From assembly GCA_964016885.1 (NCBI GenBank), contig OZ024740.1, positions 434,806,001-434,870,000 on the forward strand: 64,000 nucleotides of DNA, given 5' to 3'. A model generated the notes under the pieces. That model had not been told where the DNA came from, ran no database searches, and saw only the letters and a list, made by a program, of their open reading frames with translations. Source of the DNA: Eledone cirrhosa. Taxonomy: Eukaryota. The translations under genes were made by a program, and so were the position numbers. Below, one piece after another: positions 13,141 to 25,428 of this stretch. Every line of letters begins with the position of its first letter. The stretch's first letter is position 1.

Positions 13141-13214
13141 AAACAGGGAAACCTAAAATTTATGAAACACTTTTAGCTAATGAAGCAGAGAATTTTAAAC
13201 TTATTGCTAAAAAG
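13141..13214 (+). CDS. ASPM: ASPM exon (first visible in window; CH2 region) ..TGKPKIYETLLANEAENFKLIAKK
   Basis: Polypyrimidine-CAG acceptor and GTAAGT donor; peptide resembles vertebrate ASPM YKELLENEKKNF; phase fits the next exon. Confidence 0.85.
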
Positions 13215-14159
13215 GTAAGTTGTTTCTGACAATACAGTGTAAAGGAAATTTGTTAATTTGAAAAAATTGTATTTTGTTGTATTTTGTGAAAGTGTTTAAT
13301 TAAAGGTATGTTTAATTAAAAGTATATTTAATTAAACGTAGCGAAATGTCAGTCATTGCTTCTTTTGTGATTGGCTCTTCACATCCTGTTCCACATGAAA
13401 CCACATTTGCAAGATATTTGTATAAAGTACAAAACAGCAGTTATTGCATTACATTAGAAATTAAAGTAGTTTCTCCAATGCTACAGATTTTCACAACAAT
13501 CTACCTGTCCAGTAGGAAAGATACTATAAATATTTGAATTAACAGACTCATTTAAAAAATATTTTCTACTAAATCATTACAAGATGTGAATTATGTTTAT
13601 AAGTACTATCAGAAAAACCACTCTTTGGGTGGTTTTCTGCTAGCATGTGTAATGTGTATATTGATATTATATGCAAATATACATGCATGTAGATATGTCA
13701 AATAAAATTGAAATTGACAATATGCACAGAAATTGAAGAGAGATTGTGTTACACTCTCTTCTGTAATCAGTAACGTAATCCATAATACATTTAAAAAGAT
13801 ATTATATATAAACTGCATTACGGTGAAATGTTATGAAAACGAAAGAAAATTAGCGACAGAAATATAACGGTGCAAATATATGATCGTTTATATAAGCGAT
13901 GTGATATAGTGTATGGTGAAGCGTTATGATATAACGGACGCTAACCGGAAGTATTGACATTTGAAAATATTAAAAGAAGTGAATCTTGAAATAAGCAATC
14001 ATTATATATAAGAATAATTATATTTAATCAAGAGCTACGAAATTTAGATAAATTACATAATATTCATTCATGATTTATTCAAAGTAATCCAACTTATTTT
14101 GTGTTCAGAAAAAGTATTCTTGACACAGTCTCTGTCCTCCAGTCATATATTAGATTTAA

Positions 14160-14614
14160 TCCTTTCATGACTGCATTTTTAATGAAATACACTCTATTTT
14201 AATTAATTAATGAAGAATTATTTCATTACTAAGATAGTAACTTAATGTAAGGTTCTCATATAAATTTGTTGGAAGATTTTAATCTAAATTGGAAACCTTT
14301 AAAATGGGTGATTTTATTTCATAGAACCAGAGCTGGTTTTAGCCAGGTTGGTAACTAAAGGGTTAAAATGGGTGGTTTTATTTCATAGAACCAGAGCTGG
14401 TTTTAGCCAGGTTGGTAACTAAAGGGTTAAAATGGGTGGTTTTATTTCATAGAACCAGAGCTGGTTTTAGCCAGGTTGGTAACTAAAGGGTTAAAATGGG
14501 TGGTTTTATTTCATAGAACCAGAGCTGGTTTTGGCCAGGTTGGTAACTAAAGGGTTAAAATGGGTGGTTTTATTTCATAGAACCAGAGCTGGCTTTGGCC
14601 AGGTTGGTAAAGGG
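14160..14614 (+). mobile_element. piggyBac-type MITE (family P1) with five tandem 64-bp copies of its right end
   Basis: TTAA-(T)CCTTT...AAAGGG-TTAA termini; other copies at 34337-34554 and 56008-56235. Confidence 0.75.
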
Positions 14615-14648
14615 TTAAATAAATATCTGAAGTATTTGTATGTTTCAG

Positions 14649-14849
14649 GTGAATGCCATTGGTGGTGTACCAGCTATGTTACGTCACACAGACATGTCTA
14701 ATACTATACCTGATGAGAAAGTGGTGATCACCTATGTTACGTACCTTGCCATACGTTTATTAGAAATAAGGCATGAATCAAGAGCAGCTATTGTTATCCA
14801 AATGGCCTGGCGTAAATATTTATGGCGCAAGAAACAAAGACTGCAAAAG
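14649..14849 (+). CDS. ASPM: ASPM exon: end of second calponin-homology domain and first IQ motif
   Basis: [34 protein letters not shown]...[11 protein letters not shown] contains the diagnostic ASPM/Asp motif [13 protein letters not shown]; AG/GT boundaries, phase 0-0. Confidence 0.97.
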
Positions 14850-15049
14850 GTAAGTCTTTCTCTTTAGTCTGTGTAATATCTAATCTTTAGTCTGTAATAT
14901 CTGTCTGTAGTCTGTGTTACATCTGTCTGTAATGTCTAATTTTATCTTTTCAAATTATCAAAACCGATTTTTTTTTTTTTTTTTTTTTTTTCCCCTTTTC
15001 CAATATATTTATCTCTTCTATAAATAGCTGTTTTTTTTTTTTTCTTTAG

Positions 15050-18000
15050 TTGAAGAGTAAATCTGCCGTAGTGACCCAGTGGCAGTGTGGTGCCAATACA
15101 ATGGATAAAATACAAATTCTTTCTCCTCTGAATAGTTCAGCAGAAAAGACTAGAAGTTCATTGGTAAAATATACAGATAATGAAGATATGGCCCTTTCAC
15201 CAGCACAGTGTGACCAGAAACTGGACAATCATGAACGGAATTTCTTGCCAAAGTGTAATTTGGACACAATAGCAGAGGTTTCATGTTTAGAGACATTCTA
15301 TGAGAAGAGTTGTCCAAGAGATTATGGAAGCTGCAATGAGTCACCACTCAACTTGGTCATTCATAGTCTAAAGGATTCCAATAATCTTGGTCAAGAGAAA
15401 TTGGACAATCTGAATGCTAGGGAGGAATACAACAGGGATAAAATCTCAGCAAAATTGAACCAAACAGTTGAATTTGAGCGTGAGGATTCCAGTAATCTCC
15501 TTAATGGCACATTTGATGTCAAATACAACACGAAAGCACACCTTACCCATTACTTAAATCGAACTATTGATATCGGGAATGGTGTTGAATGTAATGTTTG
15601 CAACGAGAAACTTGAAGAAGAGTTAGTGGCAGAAGACACTGGAATAGAACATTCTTGTAATAAATATTCAGGGAATAATGAAAACCTTACAGATGACATA
15701 ACTGATAAAGATGTAGCCTTTCATGAACGAGGTGTGGGCCTTGAGAGAGGTGCGGCCCTTAAAGGGGGAGGCATGAACCTTAATGAGGGAGGTGCAGACT
15801 TTAATGAATGTGAAGCCAGCAGCCAAACTGGGTTGAATAAATTACCTCTTGGTTCTCTGGATGATTCTGTTGGTCACTTGAAGAAAGACACCACAACTCA
15901 GGACTCTGATCTACCAGATGTCACCACTGATGGTCAGTGTGGTCTACCAGATGGCTATACCACTGATGGTCACTCTGATCTACAAGATGTCTATACTACT
16001 GATGGTCAGTGTGGTCTACAAGATGTCTATACCACTGATGGTCACTCTGATCTACAAGATGTCTCTACTGATGGTCACTCTGATATACCAGATGTCTCTA
16101 CTGATGGTCACTCTGATATACCAGATGTCTCTACTGATGGTCACTCTGATATACCAGATGTCTCTACTGATGGTCAGTGTGGTCTACAAGATGGCTATAC
16201 TGATGGTCACTCTGATATACCAGATGGCTATACCACTGATGGTCACTCTGATCTACCAGATGTCTCTACTGATGGTCACTCTGATATACCAGATGTCTCT
16301 ACTGATGGTCAGTGTGGTCTACAAGATGGCTATACTGATGGTCACTCTGATCTACCAGATGTCTATACCACTGATGGTCACTCTGATCTACAAGATGGCT
16401 ATACCACTGATGGTCACTCTGATCTACCAGATGTCTATACCACTGATGGTCACTCTGATCTACCAGATGGCTATACCACTGGTCACTCTGATCTACCAGA
16501 TGTCTATACCACTGATGGTCACTCTGATCTACCAGATGTCTATACCACTGATGGTCACTCTGATCTACCAGATGGCTATACCACTGATGGTCACTCTGAT
16601 CTACCAGATGGCTATACCACTGATGGTCACTCTGATCTACAAGATGGCTATACCACTGATGGTCACTCTGATCTACCAGATGTCTATACCACTGATGGTC
16701 ACTCTGATCTACAAGATGGCTATACCACTGATGGTCACTCTGATCTACCAGATGTCTCTACCACTGATGGTCACTCTGATCTACCAGATGTCTCTACCAC
16801 TGATGGTCACTCTGATCTACCAGATGTCTCTACCACTGATGGTCACTCTGATCTACCAGATGTCTCTACCACTGATGGTCACTCTGATCTACCAGATGTC
16901 TCTACCACTGATGGTCACTCTGATCTACCAGATGTCTCTACCACTGATGGTCACTCTGATCTACCAGATGTCTCTACCACTGATGGTCACTCTGATCTAC
17001 CAGATGTCTCTACCACTGATGGTCACTCTGATCTACCAGATGTCTCTACCACTGATGGTCACTCTGATCTACCAGATGTCTCTACCACTGATGGTCACTC
17101 TGATCTACCAGATGTCTCTACCACTGATGGTCACTCTGATCTACCAGATGTCTCTACCACTGATGGTCACTCTGATCTACCAGATGTCTCTACCACTGAT
17201 GGTCACTCTGATCTACCGGATGTCTCTACCACTGATGGTCACTCTGATCTACCAGATGGCTATACCACTGATGGTCAGAGTGGTCTACCATATGTCCGTG
17301 ATAGTCTGGAAAGTGACTCTGTTGTCTGCAGTATTGAATCCTTCACTTGTTCTGCTGACTTAACTACCAAAATAACCATGAACGTCAATAATTCCAGTTT
17401 AGTTGCTTATGAAGAGCTGTCTTCTAATTGTGATGGAGAATACCTGGCCCCGGTTGAACGAGGACAGTGTGACACCCCTGATGGTATTCAGGGAGAATAC
17501 CTGGCCCCGGTTGAACGAGGACAGTGTGACACCCCTGATGGTATTCAGGGAGAATACCTGGCCCCGGTTGAACGAGGACAGTGTGACACCCCTGATGGTA
17601 TTCAGGGAGAATACCTGGCCCCGGTTGAACGAGGACAGTGTGACACCCCTGATGGTATTCAGGGAGAATACCTGGCCCCGGTTGAACGAGGACAGTGTGA
17701 CACCCCTGATGATATTCAGGGAAAATACCTGGCCCCGGTTGAACGAGGACAGTGTGACAGCTCTGATGATATTCAGGGAAAATACCTGGCTCCGGTTGAA
17801 CGAGGACAGTGTGACACCCCTGATGGTATTCAGGGAGAATACCTGGCCCCGGTTGAACGAGGACAGTGTGACAGCTCTGATGGTATTCAGGGAAAATACC
17901 TGGCTCCGGTTGAACGAGGACAGTGTGACAGCTCTGATGATATTCAGGGAAAATACCTGGCCCCGGTTGAACGAGGACAGTGTGACACCCCTGATGGTAT

Positions 18001-18148
18001 TCAGGGAGAATACCTGGCCCCGGTTGAACGAGGACAGTGTGACAGCTCTGATGATATTCAGTTCCTGAATGTTAATGAAACCAATCCAGGTGCCGACATG
18101 GATTCTGAAATTGTCGTTGAAGAAAAAAGTCTGAAACTTCAGAATCGG
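15050..18148 (+). CDS. ASPM: Probable ASPM giant exon (3099 bp, 1033 aa): acidic low-complexity insert with two coding tandem arrays
   Basis: The open frame starts exactly at a strong acceptor (T-run TTTAG) and ends at GTAAGT; phase 0-0 matches both neighbours; no similarity to canonical ASPM that I can recognise. Confidence 0.78.
15905..17291 (+). repeat. Coding minisatellite, 36/33-bp units (TTDGHSDLPDVS-type), about 39 copies
   Basis: ACCACTGATGGTCACTCTGATCTACCAGATGTCTCT repeats; length variants are multiples of 3. Confidence 0.97.
17435..18061 (+). repeat. Coding minisatellite, 57-bp unit x11 (GEYLAPVERGQCDTPDGIQ)
   Basis: Counted in the translation; 11 x 57 = 627 bp. Confidence 0.97.
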
Positions 18149-18194
18149 GTAAGTTTAACATTTTAAAATAAATATTTTATCATCTTCTAAGTCT

Positions 18195-18640
18195 TTCTCT
18201 TCCTCAGGTTCTCTAAACTGTGTGTTTCATACTTCTTTATACAATTGTAATCTTCCATATGTATCACATGTCTATACCAGTGCAGCCCTCTCTTTTCTAC
18301 ACTCAGACACCTCTTGCATCTAGTTTTTCTCTCCACTCCTTTGTACTCTGTTCTTCACATTAACATCATATATCCAATTGTGCAACTGTACCTCATTTCT
18401 TCTGCTCTCAAGGTCCATGTCTCACTACCATGCAGCATTGCAGTTTGTGTGTTAGCATCATACAGCTTGCTCTTTTCTGAGATCTAAGAGGAAAGCATTT
18501 TGCTTCAACTGAGATAACAGCTCTCTGAACTTCTGTTGTTTGTGTTGTGACTACTATGCTACTCGTCTTTCTTCCTCCATTACTCATTAGATCACTGAGA
18601 TAATGGAAGCCATCTGCTGCTTTTTATCTGCAGTTAAACA
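18195..18640 (-). pseudogene. Decayed RTE 3' ORF fragment
   Basis: GTCCATGTCTCACTACCATGCAGCATTGC...GCATCATACAGC is the reverse complement of LYDA...AMLHGSETW; many disruptions. Confidence 0.75.
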
Positions 18641-18899
18641 TCTCAAGGGAACTTGTTTTCTTACTATTAACTACTCCTCTACCTCTACTACATACAAAGT
18701 TCACCTTTTCTGTCAGTCTGCTTCTAATCTCAGCACACTAATGTTGATAGTGACAGCCTTGTCTTACCATATTTCTAATAAAATAAACTGTATTTGAATT
18801 TAATGAAGGATTCGGAGAGATTTACTGCAATTATTTCTTTAAGAAGATATTTGTAACATGACAAAAGGTTCTGTATAGAATTAGGTTTTGAAGATTTTA

Positions 18900-20477
18900 A
18901 TTTAAACCGGCGGCCATATCCGGCCACAATTCTCTCACTTCCTGTTCAAACCGGCTCTAACCGGCCTCTCTTACTGATTTTAAGGTATTACTCTCAAAAT
19001 AAAATCAATCTCATAGATTGGGTGTTATGTAAGATATTATGTGAGGTAAAGCCTTTACTGTGAAAATATCTATATATATAAAACTGAGGATGTCTGTCTG
19101 TGTGTGAGTTTGTATCCCTAAAACTCGAGAACCACCCAACCGACTGTTTTCAAACTTTACACATGTAATACTTATGTTTCAGGGAGTGTCCTGAGCAAAA
19201 AAAAAATTCAAATTTTCAATGCCCTAGGGACCGCATTAGGCGATTTAGCCATTTCTCTCTATAATTCTTAGTCTTCCTCTTTTTAGATAGATACATACAT
19301 ATAACGTCGCGCCCTTAGAATGTCTGTCTGTCTGCATTACGTCACTTCCCTGAGGATGTGTGTGTTTGAATCCCTAAATCTCAAAGTACCCAACCGACTT
19401 TTTTCAAACTTTACATGTGTATTATGTTTCAGGGAGTGTTATGCACATAACAAAATTCAACTTTTTCATCCCTAGGGCCCGCATTAGGTGAAAAACTGCG
19501 TTTTTTCAGGTTTTTAGGGCTTTTTTTAAGCATTATGTCGAACCAATTTTCCCGAAATTTCAAGGCATATTATGCACATAAAAAAATCCATTTTCTTGAT
19601 ACCCTAGGGCCCGCATTAGGTGAAAACCTGCATTTTTCCTGCTTCGAGGAAAATCTGAAAGATTATCCAGCCATCAAAGTATTCGGTTCATTTTCTTTAC
19701 ATATTGTCGAGGCATGCAGTTTTTCCACGATTAGGTCTGTTGGCGGCCTGCGTTCCAAAATACCTTATCCCATGCAACGCCGGGTACCACTGCTAGTAAT
19801 AGTATATATAGAGTAGTGTAAATGTTATGAGAGATATTATGTGAGGTAAAGCCTTTACTGTGAAAATACAATAGTATATATAGAGTAATGTAAATGTTGT
19901 GAGGTAAAGCCTTTACTGTGAAAATACAATAGTATATATAGAGTAGTGTAAATGTTGTGAGGTAAAGCCTTTACTGTGAAAATACAATAGTATATATAGA
20001 GTAATGTAAATGTTATGCGAGATATTATGTGAGGTAAAGCCTTTACTGTGAAAAAACATTTACATTACTCTATATATACTATTGTATTTTCACAGTAAAG
20101 GCTTTACCTCACATAATATCTCACATAACATTTACATTACTTTATATATACTATTGTATTTTCACAGTAAAGGCTTTACCTCACAACATTTACACTACTC
20201 TATATATACTATTGTATTTTCACAGTAAAGGATTTACCTCACAACATTTACATTACTCTATATATACTATTGTATTTTCACAGTAAAGGCTTTACCTCAC
20301 ATAATATCTCACATAACATTTACATTACTCTATATATACTATTGTAATGTGAGATATTATGTGAGGTAAAGCCTTTACTGTGAAAATACAATAGTATATA
20401 TAGAGTAATGTAAATGTTGTGAGGTAAAGCCTTTACTGTGAAAATACAATAGTATATATAATGTAAATGCTAAAGGG
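18900..20477 (+). mobile_element. piggyBac-type MITE (family P2) interrupted by a Helitron, with tandem and inverted amplification of its right end
   Basis: Reverse-complement similarity to the complete copy at 43559-43756; ends TAAATGCTAAAGGG-TTAA. Confidence 0.75.
19069..19796 (+). mobile_element. Non-autonomous Helitron (728 bp)
   Basis: 5' TC(TATATATATAAA), (GTCT)n motif, subterminal CCCATGCAACGCCGGG hairpin, 3' CTAG; inserted between A and T without TSD; host MITE sequence resumes on both sides. Confidence 0.85.
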
Positions 20478-20975
20478 TTAAATAAGAATCTTTTAAAATG
20501 AGTGGTTTTGTCCTATATGTGGGATGGTATCAAAATGTTTTCAATCTGATAGTTGAAGTATGATCGTTGATGGTTCTGTAGGTTGGTAGGTCAGTGAATG
20601 TCTTCTGTAACTGAAAGAGATATTTGTCGGATCATCTGCTGACAATCAGGGTATTCTCACTTTATCATTTTACATTCACTTATCCATGTTTGCACATGAT
20701 GATGATGCTTACAACTTTACAGCATGGATCGGGTGCATTTTATTATGCTACCAGCACTAGAAAAGTTGTCTCAGACTAAGAGTCCTCAATATTCTGTATC
20801 GAGTTTTATTCAATGTGGCTGCTCTTAGACGGCCTGCCTTCACTGACTTATGAAGCCTCTATCTATATATAGAGGATATGTAAGTGTATGGAGGTTGTAT
20901 CATTCATTGTTTTGTCAGATTTTTAGAGTTGCATAGGTTAGACATGTCAGTTCTTATCTAGATTTAGTTTAATCT

Positions 20976-21087
20976 TAGATGGACTGGGGACCATTCCATG
21001 TTGGTACATTCTAGATGGGTTGGGGACCATTCCATGTTGGTACATTCTAGATGGGTTGGGGACCATTCCATGTTGGTACATTCTAGA
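20976..21087. repeat. 36-bp tandem repeat x3
   Basis: TAGATGGGTTGGGGACCATTCCATGTTGGTACATTC. Confidence 0.9.
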
Positions 21088-21119
21088 TTTTGGTTAATTT
21101 TTCTGAAATTATTTTGTAG

Positions 21120-23116
21120 GTAGGTGTTGCAGATCCAAGACCAAACATTTTAGGTATCTCTAACAGTGTTCTTGAGCAGCAGTGTGCCATTGTAATTCAA
21201 AGATGGTATAGGAATCTTCGAGAAAGTAACCATGTCGCCTCAGATTACCAAAAAATGAAAAGCTCTGCTATAGTTCTGCAAAGGTTTTACCGTATGTATT
21301 CTCAGCAGAGGAAGTACCAGAAACAACTTGATGCTATCCGTGTGTTGCAAGCAGCAGTGCGAATGCATCAGAAACGGCAAAACTATCTTTCCCTCTGCAG
21401 ATCTACAATTCTGATACAGCGATGGTACAGAGGTATTAGAATTGGTAAGACCCAACGGAATAAATTCTTAAATGAAAAACAGGCTTGTATAAAGATCCAA
21501 TCAATGTGGCGTGGTGTAAAGCAGCGCCAAGTGTTGAAAGGTGAAGTAGCGGCCGCTAGAATTATTCAGTCACATTTCAGGAAATATTATTGTCGAGCCA
21601 GATATTTAAAGTTACAATCGTCTGTAATTTTAATTCAGAAACTCTACAGGTCCAGGCTTGAAAGTAGGAAATTACGGAGACAGATTCTTCAGGAGTTGCG
21701 AGAAGAGAGACGACTTGAGGAAGAAAAGAGACAAGATAAAGCTGCACAACTGATACAAGCAACCTGGAAATGTTATGTGGCTCAGAAAGAATTTTCTAAG
21801 TTAAAAGCGGCTACTCGCACTCTGCAGCTATATATGTCTGCCTATTTGATTGGGAAACGTGTCCGCCATGACTTCATTGTTCAAAAGAATGCTGCTGTAA
21901 AAATCCAAAGTTATCTAAGAAGATTTATTATCCGACGTCGATATCGTAATATACTTGGTTCTGTTTCCTTGATACAAGCTCTCTTTCGAGGTTATCAAGT
22001 TCGAACAAAGTTACAATTAAAACACCACTCTGCTCTAATTATTCTGTCCCATTGGCGCACTTATTTGGCTAAAACTAAGTTTCAGGCTGATAAAAGAGCA
22101 ATTATTAGAATCCAAGCTTTAGTTAGAGCAAAGCAACAACAGAAAATATATTTGGACTGTAAAAATGCTGCTACTATAATCCAGAAATGGTACAGATCTA
22201 TTAGTGTAATGAGACAATGCCATAAAGATTATTTGGAACTTAGAAAATATACAAAGATTGTTCAAAATAGGTTCCGCGCTCAAAGAAGTATGAAATGTTG
22301 CCGCCAAGAATTTCTCCAAAGAAGAATTGCCTTCACTATAATTCAAGCATATGTCCGACAATTTTTAGCAAGGCTTAATTTCTGTAAACAAAAACAAAGT
22401 GCTATTATTTTGCAAAATTGGTTTAGGGCTTCTAAAGCTGCAGAAATTGACAGGGCATATTATCTTTCTCTTAAGACACATACTGTCAAAATGCAGTCAT
22501 ATATTCGTGGCAAACAGCAGCAAAAGAAGTTTCTAGAACTGAAGGATAGTGCTGTGAAAGTTCAGTTATGGTATCGTGCTGTTATTTCGATACAGAGAGA
22601 TCGACAAAGATACATTGAGTACCGAATGGCTGTTGTAAAGATACAGTCAGTATATCGTTGCCATAGAACACAGCAGAGGTTTTTCAAACAAAAACAGTGT
22701 GTAGTTAGACTACAGCAGTGGTGGAGGTCTATTTTAAGTATGAGAGAAGAACGTAGAAAATATTTGAAAAAACAAGTCGCTAGCCGAGTTATTCAAGAGT
22801 GGTTCCGTTCTCTCATTGCAATGAGGAAAACTAGAGAAGACTATTTAAAGTTGAAAGCTTCGGTAATAACAATTCAATCTTATTTACGACGAATCATTCA
22901 CAAAAGATATTTCAAAAGAAATGTAATAAAAATCCAACAATGGTATCAAGCTTATCTCCAAAAGAAGATTGACAGGAAGAATTATTGTAGCCTTAAGACA
23001 TCAGCTATCTTTTTACAATCAATCATACGAATGAAGATGGCACGCAAGAATTTCTTGAGACAGAGATCCAGTGCTATCAAAATCCAAAGATGGTTTCGAC
23101 AAATACAATATCGCAG
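21120..23116 (+). CDS. ASPM: ASPM large IQ-repeat exon (about 26 IQ-like motifs)
   Basis: Acceptor TTTTGTAG in frame with ORF 21255; repeated IQxxxR motifs; donor CAG/GTAATT, phase 2. Confidence 0.96.
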
Positions 23117-23184
23117 GTAATTGAGCTGTTTCACATTTTTTGACAAACTCATGTTTGTAAAATAGTGTCTTCATTTGAGACTAA

Positions 23185-23385
23185 CCCTTTAACATTTAAA
23201 CTGGCTCTATCCATCCAGAGTTCTTTCTGTTCAAACCGGCTGTAACCAGCCACTCATACTGATGTTAAGGTATTATTCTCAAAATAAATATCAAAATCTC
23301 ATAGATTCGATATTATGTGGGATAATTATGTGAGGTAAAGTCTTTACTACAAAAATACAACAGTATATATAGAGTAATGTGGTTA
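23185..23385 (+). mobile_element. piggyBac-type MITE P2, partial
   Basis: TAACCCTTTAACATTTAAAC start and body similar to 18900-19068. Confidence 0.7.
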
Positions 23386-23896
23386 ATGAACATAGATTCT
23401 CAACTGTAGTTTTAGAATACAATTTCAGGCCTGATAGTTACACTATTCACAAGATGCAATTCAGTTGATTGATTTTCAAATGTTTTTGAAATTTAGTCTG
23501 TTTAACATTTGTTTTGAACATTGATTTAAAGAATGAAAATCCTTGAAATCCCGCTCCTCCTCATTTTGCCATCCACTTTCCTTGCAAGTATTGGACAGGT
23601 CTACATAGACCCAGTGAGTACTGAAGTGGAGATATTAAGCTCCCACTTAGGCCAGGGATCTACGTATTGCTTATTTATGGTCTCGCATTCTACCGACAGC
23701 ACTAGAGAGGTTATGTCAACCAATGTGTCCTCCCAACTCTTTGTGTGGCAAGCTTTCTATGGCTGGATGCCCTTCCTATCACCAACACAGTTGGATCTCT
23801 ACCATTACAGTATAAAACATTTATGTTAATTTTGGTTCAATCTCATGACAACCTTCAGGGTCTCTTGTGATAGCTTTCAGCTGACTAATCCCTTAA

Positions 23897-24102
23897 CCCT
23901 TTACCATTTACATTACTCTATATATACTATTGTATTTTTGCAGTAAAGGCTTTACCACACATAATATCAGAGCTGAGATTTTGATATTATTTATTTTGAG
24001 AACAATACCTTAAGGTCAGTACGAGCAGCCGGTTATGGCCAGTTTGAACAGAAAGAGGTGAGAGAATTCTGGCTGCATGTGGCCTGTTTAAATGCTAAAG
24101 GG
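23897..24102 (-). mobile_element. piggyBac-type MITE P2
   Basis: TTAA-CCCTTTACCATTTA...TAAATGCTAAAGGG-TCAA. Confidence 0.8.
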
Positions 24103-24321
24103 TCAAGTGAAATTTGGTAGACAGAAACTGCAGATGTTGTGTGTCTGCATGTTGACAACTTTTAACATCCTGTACCACATGTGAGTACACCAGCAAGATG
24201 TTTTTGAAAAGTATAAAACAATGACTACATCATATTAAAAATTGGTGGGGGGGGGGGGGGGGGGGGGAGCAGGGGTGTAATATTTTTGTATATTTTTGTG
24301 TATTTTTGTTGTGTATTTTAG

Positions 24322-24403
24322 ACAACTGAAAGAAATAAAAGCCAGGCGCCATGTTGCTGCAACCATTATTCAGAGGTGGTTTAAGAGAACTGTTGCTGAA
24401 AAA
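24322..24403 (+). CDS. ASPM: ASPM exon (IQ motif AATIIQRWFK)
   Basis: TTTTAG/GTAAGA; phase 2-0 fits neighbours. Confidence 0.9.
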
Positions 24404-24834
24404 GTAAGAATTTATTTAATCTTGTTTTAAAAATATCAATTTCTTTAATATAAAGAATAGTGTACTCCTGTATGGAGATACTCTAGAATAGTGTGAAGAC
24501 CATTAAAAGATGGAAAAATAAGTTGCCATTGGCTGATATGAGGAATTGACCCCATATCTCCTTTATTTCTGAGTTACTGAAGGGGTTTGTGCATCTAGAT
24601 TCTGAAACTAATCAATTCAATTCTCAATAGGTTTTGTATTTTTCTGTTAAAGTTACCTGCTACTGTAATGCCTGATGTTTCACCCTCGAGGACTTGCCCC
24701 AGTATACAAAACTTGAAAAAAAAAAAATAAACATAAAAATAAATCTTGTCACTCATATCTGCTGTTAAACCTTTTTAACATAGTTTTACTTCTTTTGTCA
24801 GTTAATGTTCCCTTAAAACCGGGTTGTTGGAAAA

Positions 24835-25413
24835 GAGTGAAAATAGCAATATTGATACACAATATATAAGTATATCATTAGACAGTGGCCTCGTCTACCA
24901 GACTGCCCATACTGGAGTGAAAATAGCAATATTGATACACAATATATAAGTATATCATTAGACAGTGGCCTCGTCTACCAGACTCTGCCCATACTGGAGT
25001 GAAAATAGCAATATTGATACACAATATATAAGTATATCATTAGACAGTGGCCTCGTCTACCAGACTCTGCCCATACTGGAGTGAAAATAGCAATATTGAT
25101 ACACAATATATAAGTATATCATTAGACAGTGGCCTCGTCTACCAGACTCTGCCCATACTGGAGTGAAAATAGCAATATTGATACACAATATATAAGTATA
25201 TCATTAGACAGTGGCCTCGTCTACCAGACTCTGCCCATACTGGAGTGAAAATAGCAATATTGATACACAATATATAAGTATATCATTAGACAGTGGCCTC
25301 GTCTACCAGACTCTGCCCATACTGGAGTGAAAATAGCAATATTGATACACAATATATAAGTATATCATTAGACAGTGGCCTCGGCTACCAGACTCTGCCC
25401 ATACTGGAGTGAA
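24835..25413. repeat. 82-bp tandem repeat x7
   Basis: Units start at 24835, 24915, 24997, 25079, 25161, 25243, 25325; nearly identical. Confidence 0.97.
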
Positions 25414-25428
25414 GTTTTCTGATTGTGT

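Noticed and set aside
15918-18068. Alternative-frame ORFs (481 aa and 221 aa)
   Set aside because: Shadows of the frame-preserving repeats; only the 15050 frame is open through unique sequence and matches splice phases
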